From Octopus bimaculoides (taxonomy: Eukaryota), in the NCBI RefSeq assembly GCF_001194135.2, contig NC_068991.1, positions 7,085,615 to 7,149,614 on the forward strand: a DNA stretch of 64,000 nt. The letters are read 5' to 3'. Below, in pieces: positions 53,201 through 61,225 of this stretch; position 1 is the stretch's first letter, and each line of letters begins with the position of its first letter. Made by a program: the position numbers and the translations under genes. The notes beneath the pieces were generated by a model, which was given only the letters and a program-made list of their open reading frames with translations, had not been told where the DNA came from and ran no database searches.

Positions 53201-53972
53201 TACTATTACCAGCAATTAAGACGTCATCTGCAGATGCTGTTACAACTGGTGTTTGAGTTATGTATGGAGACATTTCAGTAGGGTTGTTATCTGGTTGTAA
53301 TGCAACTGAAGATTGTTGTAGGGAACTATTAGAACTCAGATGAGTACTAACAAGAGGAGTTGGAGGAAGCAATAAATCAGAGTGTCTTTCTAGGTTTCCT
53401 GATAACACTGGCTCAGAGTTTAAACACTGTTGATTGTTAGATATAGATACTGAACTGCTGACAGTATTAACTGAACTCAGGGGACTGCTCGCTGTACTAG
53501 CAGATACAACAGTTTGGCTGTTACTTAAATTACTAGAAGGATAATTCAATGGTCTTGAACTACCAGAAACAAGATTTAAATCTTGTACTGTTGAGTCTGC
53601 TAGATTATTAGGATTAAGAGATAAAACTGGCTTATTAGGGAGATGACATCGAACATTGGTTTGATGAGAATAATTAGAATCTCTTGGATGACTTGGCTCA
53701 GCAGTAATTTTCCTGGTGCTTTCATCATTGTTTTCCAACTGGTGACTAGGAGACTGATGCAGAAAGTGGTCAGCAGCATTTGCTAACAAATGCATGTTGC
53801 AGTCAGTAACCTGATTACCTGACGATCGCGTATCAGACGGGATTATCTTGCTAGTTTGATCCATTGATTCCTTTTGTTCAAATTCTAATTCATTTCTACT
53901 GCCTCCAGAATCACAATGGTCAAGATTATCCAAAGGTTTGCTATTATTTTTGGAAGTTGTATCTTCTTCCAT
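35375..53972 (-). CDS. MBD-PHD-F-box-LRR protein (14 coding exons, about 2123 aa)
   Basis: Exons join in phase to 6372 nt with GT-AG sites. Recognisable MBD (GWRREVVIR..ADIYYYTPDNKKLRSM..NFNF), C4HC3 PHD, F-box (MLQIFHYLSAGDLVRCSLVCKSWHQLATQPSLW) and about 9 LxxLxxLxL repeats. Start codon inferred as the first ATG in the giant exon. Confidence 0.88.
36421..36532 (-). CDS. MBD/F-box gene exon 13 (LRR)
   Basis: (C)LRELELMLFVISDKLHTKLSPLTNLSKLVIWPDTTHQ; 112 nt. Confidence 0.88.
37604..37710 (-). CDS. MBD/F-box gene exon 12 (LRR)
   Basis: TYFQLGKLVNLERLHLELGGNLNDVSLAKALGNLK; 107 nt. Confidence 0.88.
39342..39446 (-). CDS. MBD/F-box gene exon 11 (LRR)
   Basis: SITSLKASDHDFDYLGELRNLKVLELGECINWTSE; 105 nt. 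Confidence 0.88.
39764..39908 (-). CDS. MBD/F-box gene exon 10 (LRR)
   Basis: (W)TTPTKIDLTKFCNVKMLKKLQLRGTGGLVASFPSGIFELIKLKQLRHL; 145 nt. Confidence 0.88.
40901..41103 (-). CDS. MBD/F-box gene exon 9 (LRR)
   Basis: SLRGMKLGDDWNRIWHQLTPVLDQLTTLKRIYFD...LPNLQELTAK...; 203 nt. Confidence 0.88.
41464..41550 (-). CDS. MBD/F-box gene exon 8
   Basis: WKAIHLNNTRISNWTLATKYFNKYTVEEL; 87 nt; supplies the W closing the F-box. Confidence 0.88.
42934..42985 (-). CDS. MBD/F-box gene exon 7 (F-box C-half)
   Basis: (R)CSLVCKSWHQLATQPSL; 52 nt. Confidence 0.9.
43545..43968 (-). mobile_element. SINE family B copy
   Basis: Near-identical to 905-1313. Confidence 0.8.
44508..45745 (-). CDS. MBD/F-box gene exon 6 (PHD end, Ser-rich linker, F-box N-half)
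   Basis: NCEMDLGDW...MLQIFHYLSAGDLV(R); 1238 nt; matches the 410-aa ORF. Confidence 0.9.
46085..46216 (+). mobile_element. SINE family B 3' fragment, inverted relative to the 43545 copy
   Basis: About 7 mismatches over about 125 nt to the reverse complement of 43551-43678. Confidence 0.8.
46397..46559 (-). CDS. MBD/F-box gene exon 5 (PHD finger)
   Basis: ...CSLNCPGLTGIPPQLHCDICMCLFHNSCVNLKEDDVPQNFKCK; 163 nt. Confidence 0.9.
47227..47641 (-). CDS. MBD/F-box gene exon 4 (MBD end + basic linker)
   Basis: (L)EGKDTNLTVENFNFLRRSIY...KSTTLISKSM; 415 nt. Confidence 0.88.
48184..48211 (-). CDS. MBD/F-box gene exon 3 (28-nt microexon in MBD)
   Basis: RSMVQIVNY(L); TAG acceptor after poly-T, GTAAGT donor; needed for phase. 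Confidence 0.85.
48345..49005 (+). mobile_element. Decayed Tc1/mariner transposase 3' half with right end
   Basis: IITGNEK, KTMLCVWWDWEGII, QHDNASPH, EVLPHPPYS..SDFHLF, ...NNNGEYITD*; frameshifted; intronic and antisense to the MBD/F-box gene. Confidence 0.87.
49302..49414 (-). CDS. MBD/F-box gene exon 2 (MBD core)
   Basis: (G)WRREVVIRSVYKEFTKSGKPKTAPADIYYYTPDNKKL; 113 nt. Confidence 0.9.
50435..50659. mobile_element. piggyBac-like MITE
   Basis: Perfect ends TTAA-CCCTTTCGTTA ... TAACGAAAGGG-TTAA. Confidence 0.8.
50693..53972 (-). CDS. MBD/F-box gene giant first coding exon (1093 codons, S/T/N-rich low complexity)
   Basis: Stop-free 1125-aa ORF; acceptor TTTCAG at 53994-53999, ATG at 53972, donor GTAAGA after 50693. 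Confidence 0.88.
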
Positions 53973-54918
53973 GTTGAATTCATATACAGTTATCTGAAAT
54001 AAGGTTAAAAAATGGAAACTAATGATATTTGTTTTCTTTAACATTAATGATATTATTAATTAATGGCAAACTTCTTTCAAATGAAATACAATAAAATATG
54101 CTGCTAAAAACAGATACTAATTGCAAAAAAGAAAAAAGAAATAAAAACAAACATAGAAACAGGGCACAGTCATGGCTATGTGGATAAGAAGCTTACTTTG
54201 TAACTATGTGGTTCTGATTTCAGTCCCACTGCACAGCACCTTGGGCAAGTATTTTCTACAATAGCACTAGTGAGTGAATTCAGTAGGTGGAATCTGTGTG
54301 GAAGCCTGTCATATGTGTGTGTGTGTGTCTGCCTGCCAACCAACACCATTTGACAACTCGTGTTGGTTTGTTTACATCCCCATAACTTAGTGGTTTGGTA
54401 AAGGGGACAAATAAGTACCGGACTAAGTAACCAGGATGACTTGCCTTCTCAGTTACCATGCTGCAAGTCCACCAGACTTAAAAGAAAAAGAAGTTTTGGA
54501 TTCAATCTGTTAGACTAAAACCTACAAGGTAGTGCTCTAGCATGGCCACAATCCAATGATTGAAACAACTAAAAGATAACAAAAAAATCACAAGCCAAGC
54601 TTAATAACAGATGATCTGTGTGGCCACTTGATTACCTAGGACATTAGCAAGGCAACAGCACTGCCCCATAATTAAACAGTCCTTCAATATGGGTCTTACT
54701 AGAGTTTTGCAGAGAGCAGACAACAGGAAAAGCACTAGACTAAAATCCTACCTCAAATCAATTCCTGCCCAAGGAAAGACACTAGATGGTATTCAGAGAT
54801 CATAGTTCTGACCTAGGGTTAAACAACATTAGAATAAATAAACCCAATTTCTTCATTTATTTTCTAATTAAATTAAGATAAAAATCATATCAACTAAATT
54901 TCTGAGTATGAAACTGAA

Positions 54919-55054
54919 CCTCTAGATAATTGTTAACAGGAGCCTCTAGATAATTGTTAACAGGAGCCTCTAGATAATTGTTAACAGGAGCCTCTAGATA
55001 ATTGTTAACAGGAGCCTCTAGATAATTGTTAACAGGAGCCTCTAGATAATTGTT
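54919..55054. repeat. 24-bp minisatellite, about 5.7 perfect copies
   Basis: (CCTCTAGATAATTGTTAACAGGAG)n, no spacers. Confidence 0.95.
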
Positions 55055-56109
55055 CAAGCTGCTAAAAATAGTACCCAACAAGCTTACAGAAAGGCAAGCT
55101 GGATGCGACCTTGGATTTCCTGCACACATAGTCAAGTGAATGCTGCAATACCTTTGATCGTTGGTCTGTTCGACCAAGGTTAACTATTTCAAGATAAAAA
55201 GAACGTTCCTATCCATTTTTGTGTGCCTTTCCCTCCCACTTGTGACATACTTCCGTTATTCTATTCTTTAAATGATGATTATAACAGACATATATGAATA
55301 TATGTATCCGCATAAATTCAAATTGGCATAACCTGTTTCCTCTTGAGTGACTGCAAAATGGATATCTTAAAATAACATTTGCAGATGGCGTTGATTACGA
55401 ATATATCGGAATTTTATGCGAAACAAAAAAAAAAAAAAATGGAACGTATGAGGAAACAAAGTCAAGGTGCATAAATTATCCAGCCCCCTACTCAATTTAA
55501 AAAAAAAAAAATATATATATATGAAATTCCAACATATTTGTAATCTACCCCATCTGAATTGTATTAAGAAAATTTTGTTTAAAAATGTCGTTTTCAGAAC
55601 GTTTTGAAAAAACAAATCAAGGACTGTGAATTATCCGAAACTTCTCTCCAGCTCTCCGGAAAACAAAACAAACTTCGCAACAAATTCCGGTATAATCCTT
55701 CCTAACCTACACCTAAAACATATCCTTTGAAAATCTCATTAGAANNNNNNNNNNNNNNNNNNNNNNNNNNNNNNNNNNNNNNNNNNNNNNNNNNNNNNNN
55801 NNNNNNNNNNNNNNNNNNNNNNNNNNNNNNNNNNNNNNNNNNNNNNNNNNNNNNNNNNNNNNNNNNNNNNNNNNNNNNNNNNNNNNNNNNNNNNNNNNNN
55901 NNNNNNNNTAAACAGACAGTTTCACCTAGTTTTAGTGTTATAACAGTTAATCCCTTTTAATTTATCCGACGGAATGTATGAATAAAATAAGGAGTTTAAA
56001 TTCTTTTTCCACGTGGTATGAAATGAACAGTTGTTGTTTTTTTTAAACTTCTCTTTGTCCAAATTTTCATAAAGTATGATAAACTGTGACATCTAACAAA
56101 ACGAACGAT

Positions 56110-57000
56110 TAGATCGACCCCGGTACTTGAATGTTACTTTATTTTGCAGACCCTGGAGGACGAAACTAAAGTTTGAAATTCAAAAGACAATGAGCAAAAA
56201 TAATGATTATTTCTAGCATGGACACCACAGGTCCTGAAATGTGAGGCAGCGGCTTTGTCGGTGACATCGATTCCAGTGTTTGACAGATACTATGTTCTGT
56301 TGACCCCCGAAAGAATGAAAGTCAAGTTGACCTCGATGGGAGCTGAATTCAGAGAACGTTAAGAACAGGAATATGGTGGCGGTGGTAGTAGTAGTAGTAG
56401 TAGTAGCAATCCATTGTCATAGGCACAAAGCCTGAAATCTTTGGGGAGGGGGGACCAGTCGATTACATCGACCTCAGTGTTTCACTGGTACTTAATTCAT
56501 CGACCCCCGAAAGGACGAGAGGCAAAGTCGACCTCGGCAGAATTTGAACTAAGAACGTAGAGGCAGACGAAATACCGCTAAGCATTTCGCCCAAATAATA
56601 ATAATAATAATAATAATAATCATAGTTTCTAATCTTGACACAAGGCCAGCAATTTCGGAAGAGGAGGTAAGTCACATCGACCTCAGTTTTTAATTGGTAC
56701 CTATTTCATCGACCCTCGAAAGGATGAAAGGTGAAGTCGACCTACGTGGAATATGAACTCAGAACGTAAAGACGGACGAAATGCCGCTAAGCATTTTGTT
56801 CGGCATGCGAACGATTCTGCCAGCTCGAATAATAATGATACTTTCTACTATAGGCACAGTGCCTGAGATGTTGGGAGAAGCGGCTAATCGATAACATCAT
56901 CTCCCGTACTGATTGGTACTATATTTTATCGGCCCCCGAAAAGATGAAAGGGAAAGTTGACCTCAGCAGCTTTTGAAATCAGAAGGTAAAGATCCGGAAC
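56110..57000 (-). mobile_element. Cluster of five head-to-tail SINE family C copies; other copies near 4170, 4580, 17490, 19480, 24270, 50215, 61640, 63380
   Basis: Repeated GACCCCCGAAAGGATGAAAGGCAAAGTCGACCTCGG...GAACTCAGAACG core separated by short simple repeats. Confidence 0.75.
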
Positions 57001-60000
57001 CGGAACACAATAATAATTGTTTACATGTGGTGCCCTCTGTTAATTGTTTATTTTTTACTAATAACAATCAATCTATTTCATTGGCCAAAAGGACCAAGTA
57101 TGTTAGGAACAATAAAGGCATGAATTTTTTTAAAATGTGGAGTATTTACATCGGGTGAAACGGAGATCAACATTAACAATAAAGATATTGGTAACAATGC
57201 AGGACAAGGACCCTCAAGTTGTTACGGGTGATTCAGTACACCCCCACTACCAATCTAGCCAAGCCCCTTCTCGTAGTTCTTGCCGCCAACTTAACACCCT
57301 CATAAGAGTAGGTCCAATTAGCCACACCAATTTCGTCGCATTTCATAATTACTGCAATTGCTAAAGGGCGATGCCTTCCTCTCCCACCATCATTTTCCTC
57401 TTGCAGTTACGAGTTGGAAGAAGTTTGATGATAGATTGCCCCGAGAGGCAAAGCAGTCCCTCAAACCATTCAACCGTGTCCACCACAAATCTTCCACTCG
57501 ACAGAGGGAGACTACCCTATCTTCACTGCTAAAAGACACTAGGTCGATATTCACCATAGACTTGACTGGCAGTCGGATCTGTTCCGCATGATATCAATAA
57601 TACTAACATTACCCAAGAGTAGTAATAATGACGAACTTTATAAATAAAAGAAGGGTAATAATACACAACATCGCGTTCCACTGTTCTGCAAAACTGAACG
57701 AGAAAAAGTGCTGAATCGTGCACACCCTATCTTTATTATAAACAATATATATATACATGTATATATATAAATATGCGTAATTGTAATTAAGAAGGGAGAG
57801 TAACTGTTCGTTTTTTTTTTGTTTTTAATTGGAGTACACTTAGTTAATGCTTGTTAAGTAGTGGATGAATTATATTAGCAGGTTTTCGAATTAGGATTTG
57901 ATCAAAGTATAAACGCAAAATATACTGGATTTGTTAAATGTATGAAGAAAACAGCAAAACAATTAAGGTTGGATTTATAAAAAAAAAAGCCAAATGTTGG
58001 GAGCGCCATCTGTAGAGGAAAACCAGGTTGACAAGACATGAGTGTAATTATAATATTGTAAACAATAATAAACGATTCTGATTCATTCAAGCATTTCTTA
58101 ATGATAAAAGTTAAATTACTAAGTTTAAAAAGTAACACATATTCTATGTATATAATATGTATTAACAGAGAAAACAGGAAAATAAAACAAGTGGGGTTTT
58201 TTTTTTGAGATATTATATCAAGCTCTTCATGAAAGTGACTTTGTATATTTCTAATTAACTATTTTGTTAGGAAGGGGTTTATTATATTTTGAGAAGAGGA
58301 AATAAACATCTCTTTAAATGCATCTAAGACAGTTTGAGACGGGGTTTAAAGTAAGGAAGAGCTGCCATTGTAAACAGCCAAATGTGTCATCAGATATAAA
58401 TGAAGGGGCATAGGGGAAACAACAGTGTCAACAGGATAACAAATATGGATACAGTTAAAGCAGTNNNNNNNNNNNNNNNNNNNNNNNNNNNNNNNNNNNN
58501 NNNNNNNNNNNNNNNNNNNNNNNNNNNNNNNNNNNNNNNNNNNNNNNNNNNNNNNNNNNNNNNNNNNNNNNNNNNNNNNNNNNNNNNNNNNNNNNNNNNN
58601 NNNNNNNNNNNNNNNNNNNNNNNNNNNNNNNNNNNNNNNNNNNNNNNNNNNNNNNNNNNNNNNNNNNNNNNNNNNNNNNNNNNNNNNNNNNNNNNNNNNN
58701 NNNNNNNNNNNNNNNNNNNNNNNNNNNNNNNNNNNNNNNNNNNNNNNNNNNNNNNNNNNNNNNNNNNNNNNNNNNNNNNNNNNNNNNNNNNNNNNNNNNN
58801 NNNNNNNNNNNNNNNNNNNNNNNNNNNNNNNNNNNNNNNNNNNNNNNNNNNNNNNNNNNNNNNNNNNNNNNNNNNNNNNNNNNNNNNNNNNNNNNNNNNN
58901 NNNNNNNNNNNNNNNNNNNNNNNNNNNNNNNNNNNNNNNNNNNNNNNNNNNNNNNNNNNNNNNNNNNNNNNNNNNNNNNNNNNNNNNNNAGAGGATCTTT
59001 TGGGTTTGACTGACAACACTTGTTTTCTTAACGAAACAATTTCAAACTTGGGATACTGGTTCAATACTACTAAACTCTTTTCGCAAATCGACAAATGCAA
59101 AGTTCTGCTTAAAATATTTATAGTACGAATGATGTTCCATAGTTGTCTTTTCCAGTACCCCTTCCCCTCTTTTTCTCTGACTTCATTCGAAGACAAATTT
59201 CAATCCCGAAAGGTTTTATTTACACACGTTTTTAGTGATGGAAAATGTCGATCAAGCCAATTTAAGAAATGACTGTACAACGTAACGCTTATTTCAGTTT
59301 GGTACTTTCCTTTTCTTTCTAATCTGACATTATTAACAATAAAAGTAAATCTAATAATTACTATTGTTGTTTATAAAATACCCNNNNNNNNNNNNNNNNN
59401 NNNNNNNNNNNNNNNNNNNNNNNNNNNNNNNNNNNNNNNNNNNNNNNNNNNNNNNNNNNNNNNNNNNNNNNNNNNNNNNNNNNNNNNNNNNNNNNNNNNN
59501 NNNNNNNNNNNCCCCCCCCCCCCACGAACTGAGATGTTTTGAAGAAAACCAACAAAGAAAGTTGGATTTATTCGTTAAAGCATCATGTATCATTCCCAGA
59601 GGTGGGCGAATTGTTGGAGTGCATCTGGACACTCTTTGAAAAAATTGGACTTTTATTATAGAGTAAGAAACTTCTTGCAGTGTAGTTACCACTTAACTAA
59701 TGTCAAGTTGGTCAGGTCATCAAGTGAAAAGAACAACAGTCATGGAGAAACGTTGTACCAAAAGCATGCTGGTCTGAAACTGAAAAGAACATCCCCAGCT
59801 TATATCTTTAATGAGGATGTTGCTGGTAGGTTGGAATCATTTTCATCTTTCACTAGTAATTATCCTCCGATCTTCGAACATGGTTACACACATGCAATCA
59901 AATGTTTTCGCCCATGAGTAAATAATTGTGCCATTGTTTTTAAATGTCATAAAATCAAACTATTTCAGACCGTAAAACAAAAAATATCAGAATAACAGAA

Positions 60001-60053
60001 TGTAATGCAAGCATGAACGTCATTAAATTTTCAGATATTTAATTCCATTTTTT

Positions 60054-60206
60054 GGTAATTTATCAGATTAACACCCGCACGATTTTCGTTAGAGTTTGGG
60101 TTTACGGTTAGGGTTTGGGTTAGGGAATTCCGTCCCTAACCCTAAAACTAACCCTAACCCTAACACCCTAGTGAAGATCGTGCGGGTGTTGATCTGAAAA
60201 ATTACC
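60054..60206. mobile_element. 153-bp TIR element (MITE) with internal inverted telomere-like repeats
   Basis: 34-bp TIRs with 3 mismatches, 8-bp direct repeat CATTTTTT on both sides, interior TTAGGG-like then CCCTAA-like repeats. Confidence 0.8.
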
Positions 60207-60593
60207 CATTTTTTTTTTCTTTTTGAGTAGGGGATCGTTTGATCTCAAAGTAGATAGGCTATAAACAATAGCGTGTAAATACTGGGTTAAAAAACCCTTT
60301 GGATGGAAAAAGGCGAAGGCTGTCCTGGGACTCTAACCCACATTTACCGTAAACACGACAAACGTTCTATCATTAAGTATAAAATATAGGTATGCTCACA
60401 GAAATTACCGAGAAGTATGTTTACAGAAATCGACTCAAAAGGAAAGAATACCAAAATATTGAATGTCAAAAATAAATATTCAACAAAGTATTATTTGATC
60501 CACCAGAATTTTGTATATACGACGTAAAAAAAAGGCCCCTGCTTATAACTAAGTTTTTGTTTTTGTTATTTGAAATACTATTGATACTTTCAG

Positions 60594-60662
60594 ATAAAAT
60601 TGCTTTGAAAATTATGGAATCACGAAAAGTCAAAGATAACCCTATTATTGAATATAATCCCG
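60594..60662 (+). CDS. TFB2M: TFB2M-like exon
   Basis: (D)KIALKIMESRKVKDNPIIEYNP(G); TTTCAG acceptor, GTAAGT donor. Confidence 0.75.
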
Positions 60663-61173
60663 GTAAGTAGTTTATTGTTAAAGAGTTTATATGCAACTAT
60701 TTATTCTTTTGCACAGGAGCCCAGGTGGGGAGTAAAGGTAGACACAAGGTCTGATAGGGTTAAGTATATGAATGAAGTGTTAATATAACAGGAGTGGCTG
60801 TGTGGTAAGTAGCTTGCTTACCAAACACATGGTTCCGGGTTCAGTACTACTGCATGGCACTTTGGGCAAGTGTCTTCTGCTATAGCCTCAGGCTGACCAT
60901 AGCCTTGTGAGTGGATTTGGTAGACAAAAACTGAAAAAGCCCGTCGTATATATAAATATATATATATATGTGTGATATGTTTGTTTGTTCCCCCAACATC
61001 GCTTGGCAACCGATGCTGGTGTGTGTGCCATCGTCATCATCATCATCATCATTGTTCTGATGTCTACTTATCTATGCTAGCATGGATCAGATGGAGATTA
61101 TTGAGGTACGTGTTCTACATCTGGATGTCCTTCATGTTGCCAACCCATATCTGTTTCCCAGCAGACACATACA

Positions 61174-61225
<52 letters not shown>

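Noticed and set aside
54890-55177. ORF with (NNYLEAPV)n repeats; CRISPR-like periodicity
   Set aside because: A pure 24-bp tandem repeat with no spacers, in a eukaryotic intron; the ORF arises only because the unit is a stop-free multiple of 3.
59585-59917. 110-aa plus-strand ORF upstream of TFB2M
   Set aside because: No recognisable motif and no phase-compatible splice link to the TFB2M exons; possibly a TE remnant.
60088-60172. Ancient telomere-telomere fusion site
   Set aside because: The repeats are enclosed by 34-bp TIRs and an 8-bp TSD, which is better explained by a transposon.
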